Origin: Eledone cirrhosa
Lineage: Eukaryota
DNA: 64,000 bases
Direction: 5' to 3'
NCBI GenBank assembly: GCA_964016885.1
Contig: OZ024741.1
Span: 24,366,001-24,430,000 of the forward strand
Program-made: the position numbers and the translations under genes
In this document: piece after piece, positions 41,701-56,400 of the stretch
Numbering within the stretch: the stretch's first letter is position 1
How the letters are laid out: the number at the start of each line of letters is the position of its first letter
Notes under the pieces: generated by a model
Told to the model about the DNA's origin: nothing
The model's database searches: none
Seen by the model: only the letters and a program-made list of their open reading frames with translations

Positions 41701-44499
41701 ATTCAGCTGTCACCTAACCTTAATCCAGTACATATATAGTAAAAGACCGTGCTTCAGCTGTCACCTAACCTTAATCCAGTACACATATAATAAAAGACCG
41801 TGCTTCCGCTGTCACCTAACTTTAATCCAGTACATATATAGTAAAAGACTGTGCTTCAGCTGTCACCTAACTCTAATCCAGTACATATATAGTAAAAGAC
41901 TGTGCTTCAGCTGTCACCTAACTCTAATCCAGTACATATATAGTAAAAGACCGTGCCTCAGCCATGACCTAACCCTAATCCAGTACATATATAGTAAAAG
42001 ACTGTGCTGGAGCCATGACCTAACCCTAATCCAGTACATATATAGTAAAAGACTGTGCTTCAGCTGTGACCTAACCCTAATCCAGTACATATATAGTAAA
42101 AGACTGTGCTTCAGCCATGACCTAACACTAATCCAGTACATATATAGTAAAAGACCGTGCTTCAGCTGTCACCTAACCTTAATCCAGTACATATATAGTA
42201 AAAGACTGTGCTTCAGCTGTCACCTAACCTTAATCCAGTACACATATAGTAAAAGACCGTGCTTCCGCTGTCACCTAACTTTAATCCAGTACATATATAG
42301 TAAAAGACTGTGCTTCAGCTGTCACCTAACTCTAATCCAGTACATATATAGTAAAAGACTGTGCTTCAGCTGTCACCTAACTCTAATCCAGTACATATAT
42401 AGTAAAAGACCGTGCTTCAGCTGTCACCTAACTCTAATCCAGTACATATATAGTAAAAGACTGTGCTTCAGCTGTCACCTAACTCTAATCCAGTACATAT
42501 ATAGTAAAATACCGTGCTTCAGCTGTCACCTAACTCTAATCCAGTACATATATAGTAAAAGACTGTGCCTCAGCTGTCACCTAACCTTAATCCAGTACAT
42601 ATATAGTAAAAGACCGTGCCTCAGCCATGACCTAACCCTAATCCAGTACATATATAGTAAAAACTGTGCTGGAGCCATGACCTAACCATAATCCTGTACA
42701 TATATAGTAAAAGACTGTGCTTCAGCTGTGACCTAACCCTAATCCAGTACATATATAGTAAAAGACTGTGCTTCAGCCATGACCTAACACTAATCCAGTA
42801 CATATATAGTAAAAGACCGTGCTTCAGCCATGACGTAACCCTAATCCAATCCATATATAGTAAAAGACTGTGCCTCAGCTGTGACCTAACCCTAATCCAA
42901 TCCATATATAGTAAAAGTCTGTGCCTCAGCTGTGACCTAACCCTAATCCAGTACATATATAGTAAAAGACCGTGCTTCATCCATGGCCTAACCCTAATCC
43001 AGTACATATATAGTAAAAGACTGTGCTTGAGCTGTCACCTAACCCTAATCCAGTACATATATAGTAAAAGACTGTGCTTCAGCTGTGACCTAACCCTAAT
43101 CCAGTACATATATAGTAAAAGACCGTGCTTCAGCCATGGCCTAACCCTAATCCAGTACATATATAGTAAAAGACTGTGCTTGAGCTGTCACCTAACCCTA
43201 ATCCAGTACATATATAGTAAAAGACTGTGCTTCAGCTGACTCCTAACCCTAATCCAGTACATATATAGTAAAAGACTGTGCTTCATCCATGACCTAACAC
43301 TAATCCAGTACATATAAAGTAAAAGACCGTGCTTCAGCTGTCACCTAAATCTAATCCAGTACATATATAGTAAAAGACTGTGCTTCAGCTGTCACCTAAC
43401 TCTAATCCAGTACATATATAGTAAAAGACCGTGCTTCAGCTGTCACCTAACCCTAATCCAGTACATATATAGTAAAAGACAGTGCTTCAGCTGTCACCTA
43501 ACTCTAATCCAGTACATATATAGTAAAAGACTGTGCTTCAGCTGTGACCTAACCTTAATCCAGTACATATATAGTAAAAGACCGTGCCTGAGCCATGACC
43601 TAACCCTAATCCAGTACATATATAGTAAAAGACTGTGCTTCAGCTGTCACCTAACTCTAATCCAGTACATATATAGTAAAAGACCGTGCTTCAGCTGTCA
43701 CCTAACCTTAATACAGTACATATATAGTAAAAGACCGTGCTTCAGCTGTCACCTAACCTTAATCCAGTACATATATAGTAAAAGACTGTGCTTCAGCTGT
43801 CACCTAACTCTAATCCAGTACATATATAGTAAAAGACCGTGCTTCAGCTGTCACCTAACCTTAATCCTGTACATATATAGTAAAAGACCGTGCTTCAGCT
43901 GTCACCTAACCTTAATCCAGTACACATATAGTAAAAGACCGTGCTTCCGCTGTCACCTAACTTTAATCCAGTACATATATAGTAAAAGACTGTGCATCAG
44001 CTGTCACCTAACTCTAATCCAGTACATATATAGTAAAAGACTGTGCTTCAGCTGTCACCTAACTCTAATCCAGTACATATATAGTAAAAGACCGTGCCTC
44101 AGCCATGACCTAACCCTAATACAGTACATATATAGTAAAAGACTGTGCTGCAACCATGACCTAACCCTAATCCAGTACATATATAGTAAAAGACTGTGCT
44201 TCAGCTGTGACCTAACCCCAATCCAGTACATATATAGTAAAAGACTGTGCTTCAGCCATGACCTAACTCTAATCCAGTACATATATTGTAAAAGACTGTG
44301 CTTCAGCTGTCACCTAACCCTAATCCACTACATATATAGCAAAAGACTGAGCTTCAGCTGTGACCTAACCCTAATCCAGTACATATATAGTAAAAGACTA
44401 TGCTTCAGCTGTCACCTAACTCTAATCCAGTACATATATAGTAAAAGACTGTGCTTCAGCTTTGACCTAACCCTAATCCAGTACATATATAGTAAAAGA

Positions 44500-47400
44500 C
44501 TGTGCTTCAGCTGTCACCTAACCCTAATCCAGTACATATATAGTAAAAGACTGTGTTTCAGCTGTCACCTAACCCTAATCCAGTACATATATAGTAAAAG
44601 AGTCTGCTTCAGCTTTCACCTAACCCTAATCCAGTACATATATAGTAAAAGACCGTGTTTCAGCTGTGACCTAACTCTAATCCAGTACATATATAGTAAA
44701 AGACTGTGCTTCAGCTGTCACCTAACCCTTATCCAGTACATATATAGTAAAAGACCGTGCTTCAGCCCTGACCTAACCCTAATCCAGTACATATATAGTA
44801 AAAGACCGTGTTTCAGCTGTGACCTAACCCTAATCCTGTACATATATAGTAAAAGACTGTGCTTCAGCCATGACCTAACCCTAATCCAGTACATATATAG
44901 TAAAAGACCGTGCTTCAGACATGACCTAACCCTAATCCAGTACATATATAGTAAAAACTGTGCTTCAGCTGTCACCTAACCCTAATCCAGTACATATATA
45001 GTAAAAGACTGTGTTTCAGCTGTCACCTAACCCTAATCCAGTACATATATAGTAAAAGACCGTGCTTCAGCCATGACTTAACCCTAATCCAGTACATATA
45101 TAGTAAAAGACCGTGCTTCAGCCATGACGTAACTTTAATCAAATCCATATATAGTAAAAGACTGTGCTTCAGCTGTCACCTAACCCTAATCCAGTACATA
45201 TATAGTAAAAGACCGTGCTTCAGCCATGACGTAACTTTAATCCAATCCATATATAGTAAAAGACTGTGCCTCAGCTGCGACCTAACCCTAATCCAGTACA
45301 TATATAGTAAAAGACCGTGCTTCAGCCATGACGTAACTTTAATCCAATCCATATACAGTAAAAGACTGTGCCTCAACTGTGACCTAACCCTAATCCAGTA
45401 CATATATAGTAAAAGACTGTGCTTCAGCTGTCACCTAACCCTAATCCAGTACATATATAGTAAAAGACTGTGCTTCAGCTGACTCCTAACCCTTATCCAT
45501 TACATATATTGTAAAAGACTGTGCTTCATCCCTGACCTAACCCTAATCCAGTACATATATAGTAAAAGACCGTGCCTCAGCTGTGACCTAAGCCTAATCC
45601 AGTACATATATAGTAAAAGACTGTGCTTCAGCTGTCACCTAACCCTAATCCAGTACATATATAGTAAAAGACCGTGCTTCAGCCATGACGTAACTTTAAT
45701 CCAATCCATATATAGTAAAAGACTGTGCCTCAGCTGTGACCTAACCCTAATCCAGTACATATATAGTAAAAGACCGTGCTTCAGCCATGACGTAACTTTA
45801 ATCCAATCCATATATAGTAAAAGACTGTGCCTCAACTGTGACCTAGCCCTAATCCAGTACATATATAGTAAAAGACTGTGCTTCAGCTGTCACCTAACCC
45901 TAATCCAGTACATATATAGTAAAAGACTGTGCTTCAGCTGACTCCTAACCCTTATCCAGTACATATATAGTAAAAGACCGTGCTTCATCCCTGACCTAAC
46001 CCTAATCCAGTACATATATAGTAAAAGACCGTGCCTCAGCTGTGACCTAACCCTAATCCAGTACATATATAGTAAAAGACTGTGCTTCAGCTGTCACCTA
46101 ACCCTAATCCAGTACATATATAGTAAAAGACTGTGTTTCAGCTGACTGCTAACCCTAATCCAGTACATATATAGTAAAAGACTGTGCTTCAGCTGACTCC
46201 TAACCCTAATCCAGTACATATATAGTAAAAGACTGTGCTTCAGCTGTCACCTAACTCTAATCCAGTACATATATAGTAAAAGACCGTGCTTCAGCCATGA
46301 CGTAACTTTAATCCAATCCATATATAGTAAAAGACTGTGCTTCAGCCATGACCTAACCCTAACCCAATACATATATAGATAAAGACCGTAGTTCAGCCAT
46401 GACCTAACCATAATCCAGTACATATATAGTAAAAGACTGTGCTTCAGCTGTCACCTAACCTTAATACAGTACATATATAGTAAAAGACCGTGCCTCAGCC
46501 ATGACCTAACCCTAATCCAGTACATATATAGTAAAAGACTGTGCTTCAGCTGTCACCTAACCCTAATCCAGTACATATATAGTAAAAGACTGTGCTTCAG
46601 CTGTCACCTAACTCTAATCCAGTACATATATAGTAAAAGACCGGGCCTCAGCCATGACCTAACTCTAATCCAGTACGTATATAGTAAAAGACTGTGCTTC
46701 AGCTGTCACCTAACCCTAATCCAGTACATATATAGTAAAAGACCGTGCCTCAGCCATGACCTAACCCTAATCCAGTACATATATAGTAAAAGACTGTGCT
46801 TCAGCTGTCACCTAACTGTAATCCAGTACATATATAGTACAAGACTGTGCTTCAGCTGTCACCTAACTGTAATCCAGTACATATATAGTACAAGACTGTG
46901 CTTCAGCTGTCACCTAACCCTAATCCAGTACATATATAGTAAAAGACTGTGCTTCAGCCATGACCTAACCCTAATCCAGCACATATATAGTAAAAGACTG
47001 TGCTTCAGCCATGACCTAACTCTAATCCAGTACATATATAGAAAAAGACTGTGCTTCAGCTGCCACCTAACTCTAATCCAGTACATATATAGTAAAAGAC
47101 CGTGCTTCAGCTGTCACCTAACCCTAATCCAGTACATATATAGTAAAAGACTGTGTTTCAGCTGTCACCTAACCCTAATCCAGTACATATATAGTAAAAG
47201 AGTCTGCTTCAGCTTTCACCTAACCCTAATCCAGAACATATATAGTAAAAGACCGTGCTTCAGGCATGACCTAACTCTAATCCAGTACATATATAGTAAA
47301 AGACTGTGCTTCAGCTGTCACCTAACCCTTATCCAGTACATATATAGTAAAAGACCGTGCTTTAGCCCTGACCTAACCCTAATCCAGTACATATATAGTA

Positions 47401-50400
47401 AAAGACCGTGTTTCAGCTGTGACCTAACCCTAATCCTGTACATATATAGTAAAAGACTGTGCTTCAGCCATGACCTAACCCTAATCCAGTACATATATAG
47501 TAAAAGACCGTGCTTCAGACATGACCTAACCCTAATCCAGTACATATATAGTAAAAACTGTGCTTCAGCTGTCACCTAACCCTAATCCAGTACATATATA
47601 GTAAAAGACTGTGTTTCAGCTGTCACCTAACCCTAATCCAGTACATATATAGTAAAAGACCGTGCTTCAGCCATGACTTAACCCTAATCCAGTACATATT
47701 TAGTAAAAGACCGTGCTTCAGCCATGACGTAACTTTAATCAAATCCATATATAGTAAAAGACTGTGCTTCAGCTGTCACCTAACCCTAATCCAGTACATA
47801 TATAGTAAAAGACCGTGCTTCAGCCATGACGTAACTTTAATCCAATCCATATATAGTAAAAGACTGTGCCTCAGCTGCGACCTAACCCTAATCCAGTACA
47901 TATATAGTAAAAGACCGTGCTTCAGCCATGACGTAACTTTAATCCAATCCATATATAGTAAAAGACTGTACCTCAACTGTGACCTAACCCTAATCCAGTA
48001 CATATATAGTAAAAGACTGTGCTTCAGCTGTCACCTAACCCTAATCCAGTACATATATAGTAAAAGACTGTGCTTCAGCTGACTCCTAACCCTTATCCAT
48101 TACATATATAGTAAAAGACTGTGCTTCATCCCTGACCTAACCCTAATCCAGTACATATATAGTAAAAGACCGTGCCTCAGCTGTGACCTAACCCTAATCC
48201 AGTACATATATAGTAAAAGACTGTGCTTCAGCTGTCACCTAACCCTAATCCAGTACATATATAGTAAAAGACCGTGCTTCAGCCATGACGTAACTTTAAT
48301 CCAATCCATATATAGTAAAAGACTGTGCCTCAGCTGTGACCTAACCCTAATCCATTACATATATAGTAAAAGACCGTGCTTCAGCTGTCACCTAACCCTA
48401 ATCCAGTACATATATAGTAAAATACTGTGCTTCAGCCATGACGTAACTTTAATCCAATCCATATATAGTAAAAGACTGTGCCTCAACTGTGACCTAGCCC
48501 TAATCCAGTACATATATAGTAAAAGACTGTGCTTCAGCTGTCACCTAACCCTAATCCAGTACATATATAGTAAAAGACTGTGCTTCAGCTGACTCCTAGC
48601 CCTTATCCAGTACATATATAGTAAAAGACCGTGCTTCATCCCTGACCTAACCCTAATCCAGTACATATATAGTAAAAGACCGTGCCTCAGCTGTGACCTA
48701 ACCCTAATCCAGTACATATATAGTAAAAGACTGTGCTTCAGCTGTCACCTAACCCTAATCCAGTACATATATAGTAAAAGACTGTGTTTCAGCTGACTGC
48801 TAACCCTAATCCAGTACATATATAGTAAAAGACTGTGCTTCAGCTGACTCCTAACCCTAATCCAGTACATATATAGTAAAAGACTGTGCTTCAGCTGTCA
48901 CCTAACTCTAATCCAGTACATATATAGTAAAAGACCGTGCTTCAGCCATGACGTAACTTTAATCCAATCCATATATAGTAAAAGACTGTGCTTCAGCCAT
49001 GACCTAACCCTAACCCAATACATATATAGATAAAGACCGTAGTTCAGCCATGACCTAACCATAATCCAGTACATATATAGTAAAAGACTGTGCTTCAGCT
49101 GTCACCTAACCTTAATCCAGTACATATATAGTAAAAGACCGTGCCTCAGCCATGACCTAACCCTAATCCAGTACATATATAGTAAAAGACTGTGCTTCAG
49201 CTGTCACCTAACCCTAATCCAGTACATATATAGTAAAAGACTGTGCTTCAGCTGTCACCTAACTCTAATCCAGTACATATATAGTAAAAGACCGGGCCTC
49301 AGCCATGACCTAACTCTAATCCAGTACGTATATAGTAAAAGACTGTGCTTCAGCTGTCACCTAACCCTAATCCAGTACATATATAGTAAAAGACCGTGCC
49401 TCAGCCATGACCTAACCCTAATCCAGTGCATATATAGTAAAAGACTGTGCTTCAGCTGTCACCTAACTGTAATCCAGTACATATATAGTACAAGACTGTG
49501 CTTCAGCTGTCACCTAACCCTAATCCAGTACATATATAGTAAAAGACTGTGCTTCAGCCATGACCTAACCCTAATCCAGTACATATATAGTAAAAGACTG
49601 TGCTTCAGCCATGACCTAACTCTAATCCAGTACATATATAGTAAAAGACTGTGCTTCAGCTGCCACCTAGCTCTAATCCAGTACATATATAGTAAAAGAC
49701 CGTGCTTCAGCTGTCACCTAACCCTAATCCAGTACATATATAGTAAAAGACTGTGTTTCAGCTGTCACCTAACCCTAATCCAGTACATATATAGTAAAAG
49801 AGTCTGCTTCAGCTTTCACCTAACCCTAATCCAGAACATATATAGTAAAAGACCGTGCTTCAGCCATGACCTAACTCTAATCCAGTACATATATAGTAAA
49901 AGACTGTGCTTCAGCTGTCACCTAACCCTTATCCAGTACATATATAGTAAAAGACCGTGCTTCAGCCCTGACCTAACCCTAATCCAGTACATATATAGTA
50001 AAAGACCGTGTTTCAGCTGTGACCTAACCCTAATCCTGTACATATATAGTAAAAGACTGTGCTTCAGCCATGACCTAACCCTAATCCAGTACATATATAG
50101 TAAAAGACCGTGCTTCAGACATGACCTAACCCTAATCCAGTACATATATAGTAAAAACTGTGCTTCAGCTGTCACCTAACCCTAATCCAGTACATATATA
50201 GTAAAAGACTGTGTTTCAGCTGTCACCTAACCCTAATCCAGTACATATATAGTAAAAGACCGTGCTTCAGCCATGACTTAACCCTAATCCAGTACATATA
50301 TAGTAAAAGACCGTGCTTCAGCCATGACGTAACTTTAATCCAATCCATATATAGTAAATGACTGTGCCTCAGCTGTGACCTAACCCTAATCCAGTACATA

Positions 50401-53400
50401 TATAGTAAAAGACCGTGCTTCAGCCATGACGTAACTTTAATCCAATCCATATATAGTAAAAGACTGTGCCTCAACTGTGACCTAACCCTAATCCAGTACA
50501 TATATAGTAAAAGACTGTGCTTCAGCTGTCACCTAACCCTAATCCAATACATATATAGTAAAAGACTGTGCTTCAGCTGACTCCTAACCCTTATCCATTA
50601 CATATATAGTAAAAGACTGTGCTTCATCCCTGACCTAACCCTAATCCAGTACATATATAGTAAAAGACCGTGCCTCAGCTGTGACCTAACCCTAATCCAG
50701 TACATATATAGTAAAAGACTGTGCTTCAGCTGTCACCTAACCCTAATCCAGTACATATATAGTAAAAGACCGTGCTTCAGCCATGACGTAACTTTAATCC
50801 AATCCATATATAGTAAAAGACTGTGCCTCAGCTGTGACCTAACCCTAATCCAGTACATATATAGTAAAAGACCGTGCTTCAGCCATGACGTAACTTTAAT
50901 CCAATCCATATATAGTAAAAGACTGTGCCTCAACTGTGACCTAGCCCTAATCCAGTACATATATAGTAAAAGACTGTGCTTCAGCTGTCACCTAACCCTA
51001 ATCCAGTACATATATAGTAAAAGACTGTGCTTCAGCTGACTCCTAACCCTTATCCAGTACATATATAGTAAAAGACCGTGCTTCATCCCTGACCTAACCT
51101 TAATCCAGTACATATATAGTAAAAGACCGTGCCTCAGCTGTGACCTAACCCTAATCCAGTACATATATAGTAAAAGACTGTGCTTCAGCTGTCACCTAAC
51201 CCTAATCCAGTACATATATAGTAAAAGACTGTGTTTCAGCTGACTGCTAACCCTAATCCAGTACATATATAGTAAAAGACTGTGCTTCAGCTGACTCCTA
51301 ACCCTAATCCAGTACATATATAGTAAAAGACTGTGCTTCAGCTGTCACCTAACTCTAATCCAGTACATATATAGTAAAAGACCGTGCTTCAGCCATGACG
51401 TAACTTTAATCCAATCCATATATAGTAAAAGACTGTGCTTCAGCCATGACCTAACCCTAACCCAATACATATATAGATAAAGACCGTAGTTCAGCCATGA
51501 CCTAACCATAATCCAGTACATATATAGTAAAAGACTGTGCTTCAGCTGTCACCTAACCTTAATCCAGTACATATATAGTAAAAGACCGTGCCTCAGCCAT
51601 GACCTAACCCTAATCCAGTACATATATAGTAAAAGACTGTGCTTCAGCTGTCACCTAACCCTAATCCAGTACATATATAGTAAAAGACTGTGCTTCAGCT
51701 GTCACCTAACTCTAATCCAGTACATATATAGTAAAAGACCGGGCCTCAGCCATGACCTAACTCTAATCCAGTACGTATATAGTAAAAGACTGTGCTTCAG
51801 CTGTCACCTAACCCTAATCCAGTACATATATAGTAAAAGACCGTGCCTCAGCCATGACCTAACCCTAATCCAGTACATATATAGTAAAAGACTGTGCTTC
51901 AGCTGTCACCTAACTGTAATCCAGTACATATATAGTACAAGACTGTGCTTCAGCTGTCACCTAACCCTAATCCAGTACATATATAGTAAAAGACTGTGCT
52001 TCAGCCATGACCTAACCCTAATCCAGTACATATATAGTAAAAGACTGTGCTTCAGCCATGACCTAACTCTAATCCAGTACATATATAGAAAAAGACTGTG
52101 CTTCAGCTGCCACCTAACTCTAATCCAGTACATATATAGTAAAAGACCGTGCTTCAGCTGTCACCTAACCCTAATCCAGTACATATATAGTAAAAGACTG
52201 TGTTTCAGCTGTCACCTAACCCTAATCCAGTACATATATAGTAAAAGAGTCTGCTTCAGCTTTCACCTAACCCTAATCCAGAACATATATAGTAAAAGAC
52301 CGTGCTTCAGCCATGACCTAACTCTAATCCAGTACATATATAGTAAAAGACTGTGCTTCAGCTGTCACCTAACCCTTATCCAGTACATATATAGTAAAAG
52401 ACCGTGCTTTAGCCCTGACCTAACCCTAATCCAGTACATATATAGTAAAAGACCGTGTTTCAGCTGTGACCTAACCCTAATCCTGTACATATATAGTAAA
52501 AGACTGTGCTTCAGCCATGACCTAACCCTAATCCAGTACATATATAGTAAAAGACCGTGCTTCAGACATGACCTAACCCTAATCCAGTACATATATAGTA
52601 AAAACTGTGCTTCAGCTGTCACCTAACCCTAATCCAGTACATATATAGTAAAAGACTGTGTTTCAGCTGTCACCTAACCCTAATCCAGTACATATATAGT
52701 AAAAGACCGTGCTTCAGCCATGACTTAACCCTAATCCAGTACATATATAGTAAAAGACCGTGCTTCAGCCATGACGTAACTTTAATCAAATCCATATATA
52801 GTAAAAGACTGTGCTTCAGCTGTCACCTAACCCTAATCCAGTACATATATAGTAAAAGACCGTGCTTCAGCCATGACGTAACTTTAATCCAATCCATATA
52901 TAGTAAAAGACTGTGCCTCAACTGTGACCTAACCCTAATCCAGTACATATATAGTAAAAGACTGTGCTTCTGCTGTCACCTAACCCTAATCCAGTACATA
53001 TATAGTAAAAGACTGTGCTTCAGCTGACTCCTAACCCTTATCCATTACATATATAGTAAAAGACTGTGCTTCATCCCTGACCTAACCCTAATCCAGTACA
53101 TATATTGTAAAAGACCGTGCCTCAGCTGTGACCTAACCCTAATCCAGTACATATATAGTAAAAGACTGTGCTTCAGCTGTCACCTAACCCTAATCCAGTA
53201 CATATATAGTAAAAGACCGTGCTTCAGCCATGACGTAACTTTAATCCAATCCATATATAGTAAAAGACTGTGCCTCAGCTGTGACCTAACCCTAATCCAG
53301 TACATATATAGTAAAAGACCGTGCTTCAGCTGTCACCTAACCCTAATCCAGTACATATATAGTAAAATACTGTGCTTCAGCCATGACGTAACTTTAATCC

Positions 53401-56400
53401 AATCCATATATAGTAAAAGACTGTGCCTCAACTGTGACCTAGCCCTAATCCAGTACATATATAGTAAAAGACTGTGCTTCAGCTGTCACCTAACCCTAAT
53501 CCAGTACATATATAGTAAAAGACTGTGCTTCAGCTGACTCCTAACCCTTATCCAGTACATATATAGTAAAAGACCGTGCTTCATCCCTGACCTAACCCTA
53601 ATCCAGTACATATATAGTAAAAGATCGTGCCTCAGCTGTGACCTAACCCTAATCCAGTACATATATAGTAAAAGACTGTGCTTCAGCTGTCACCTAACCC
53701 TAATCCAGTACATATATAGTAAAAGACTGTGTTTCAGCTGACTGCTAACCCTAATCCAGTACATATATAGTAAAAGACTGTGCTTCAGCTGACTCCTAAC
53801 CCTAATCCAGTACATATATAGTAAAAGACTGTGCTTCAGCTGTCACCTAACTCTAATCCAGTACATATATAGTAAAAGACCGTGCTTCAGCCATGACGTA
53901 ACTTTAATCCAATCCATATATAGTAAAAGACTGTGCTTCAGCCATGACCTAACCCTAACCCAATACATATATAGATAAAGACCGTAGTTCAGCCATGACC
54001 TAACCATAATCCAGTACATATATAGTAAAAGACTGTGCTTCAGCTGTCACCTAACCTTAATCCAGTACATATATAGTAAAAGACCGTGCCTCAGCCATGA
54101 CCTAACCCTAATCCAGTACATATATAGTAAAAGACTGTGCTTCAGCTGTCACCTAACCCTAATCCAGTACATATATAGTAAAAGACTGTGCTTCAGCTGT
54201 CACCTAACTCTAATCCAGTACATATATAGTAAAAGACCGGGCCTCAGCAATGACCTAACTCTAATCCAGTACTTATATAGTAAAAGACTGTGCTTCAGCT
54301 GTCACCTAACCCTAATCCAGTACATTATATAGTAAAAGACCGTGCCTCAGCCATGACCTAACCCTAATCCAGTACATATATAGTAAAAGACTGTGCTTCA
54401 GCTGTCACCTAACTGTAATCCAGTACATATATAGTACAAGACTGTGCTTCAGCTGTCACCTAACCCTAATCCAGTACATATATAGTAAAAGACTGTGCTT
54501 CAGCCATGACCTAACCCTAATCCAGTACATATATAGTAAAAGACTGTGCTTCAGCCATGACCTAACTCTAATCCAGTACATATATAGTAAAAGACTGTGC
54601 TTCAGCTGCCACCTAACTCTAATCCAGTACATATATAGTAAAAGACCGTGCTTCAGCTGTCACCTAACCCTAATCCAGTACATATATAGTAAAAGACTGT
54701 GTTTCAGCTGTCACCTAACCCTAATCCAGTACATATATAGTAAAAGAGTCTGCTTCAGCTTTCACCTAACCCTAATCCAGAACATATATAGTAAAAGACC
54801 GTGCTTCAGCCATGACCTAACTCTAATCCAGTACATATATAGTAAAAGACTGTGCTTCAGCTGTCACCTAACCCTTATCCAGTACATATATAGTAAAAGA
54901 CCGTGCTTCAGCCCTGACCTAACCCTAATCCAGTACATATATAGTAAAAGACCGTGTTTCAGCTGTGACCTAACCCTAATCCTGTACATATATAGTAAAA
55001 GACTGTGCTTCAGCCATGACCTAACCCTAATCCAGTACATATATAGTAAAAGACTGTGCTTCAGACATGACCTAACCCTAATCCAGTACATATATAGTAA
55101 AAACTGTGCTTCAGCTGTCACCTAACCCTAATCCAGTACATATATAGTAAAAGACTGTGTTTCAGCTGTCACCTAACCCTAATCCAGTACATATATAGTA
55201 AAAGACCGTGCTTCAGCCATGACTTAACCCTAATCCAGTACATATATAGTAAAAGACCGTGCTTCAGCCATGACGTAACTTTAATCCAATCCATATATAG
55301 TAAAAGACTGTGCCTCAGCTGTGACCTAACCCTAATCCAGTACATATATAGTAAAAGACCGTGCTTCAGCCATGACGTAACTTTAATCCAATCCATATAT
55401 AGTAAAAGACTGTGCCTCAACTGTGACCTAACCCTAATCCAGTACATATATAGTAAAAGACTGTGCTTCAGCTGTCACCTAACCCTAATCCAGTACATAT
55501 ATATTAAAAGACTGTGCTTCAGCTGACTCCTAACCCTTATCCATTACATATATAGTAAAAGACTGTGCTTCATCCCTGACCTAACCCTAATCCAGTACAT
55601 ATATAGTAAAAGACCGTGCCTCAGCTGTGACCTAACCCTAATCCAGTACATATATAGTAAAAGACTGTGCTTCAGCTGTCACCTAACCCTAATCCAGTAC
55701 ATATATAGTAAAAGACCGTGCTTCAGCCATGACGTAACTTTAATCCAATCCATATATAGTAAAAGTCTGTGCCTCAGCTGTGACCTAACCCTAATCCAGT
55801 ACATATATAGTAAAAGACCGTGCTTCAGCCATGACGTAACTTTAATCCAATCCATATATAGTAAAAGACTGTGCCTCGACTGTGACCTAGCCCTAATCCA
55901 GTACATATATAGTAAAAGACTGTGCTTCAGCTGTCACCTAACCCTAATCCAGTACATATATAGTAAAAGACTGTGCTTCAGCTGACTCCTAACCCTTATC
56001 CAGTACATATATAGTAAAAGACCGTGCTTCATCCCTGACCTAACCCTAATCCAGTACATATATAGTAAAAGACCGTGCCTCAGCTGTGACCTAACCCTAA
56101 TCCAGTACCTATATAGTAAAAGACTGTGCTTCAGCTGTCACCTAACCCTAATCCAGTACATATATAGTAAAAGACTGTGTTTCAGCTGACTGCTAACCCT
56201 AATCCAGTACATATATAGTAAAAGACTGTGCTTCAGCTGACTCCTAACCCTAATCCAGTACATATATAGTAAAAGACTGTGCTTCAGCTGTCACCTAACT
56301 CTAATCCAGTACATATATAGTAAAAGACCGTGCTTCAGCCATGACGTAACTTTAATCCAATCCATATATAGTAAAAGACTGTGCTTCAGCCATGACCTAA

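Larger units (their letters stand above)
15751..44500 (+). repeat. Domain B: rich in the TGTC variant, a mosaic of reshuffled monomer cassettes
   Basis: CAGCTGTCACC monomers dominate. Characteristic markers are GCTGGAGCC (~19025-42670), TTCCGCTGTCACCTAACTTT (~18670-43950), GCTTTTCTG...CCGGTAC and CAGCTTTGACC. Boundaries are approximate. Confidence 0.75.

Noticed and set aside
44600-49800. The 51x51 coincidence (2600-bp units of 51 monomers of 51 bp)
   Set aside because: Other units are 48 and 49 monomers, and other markers give 52, so the match is accidental.
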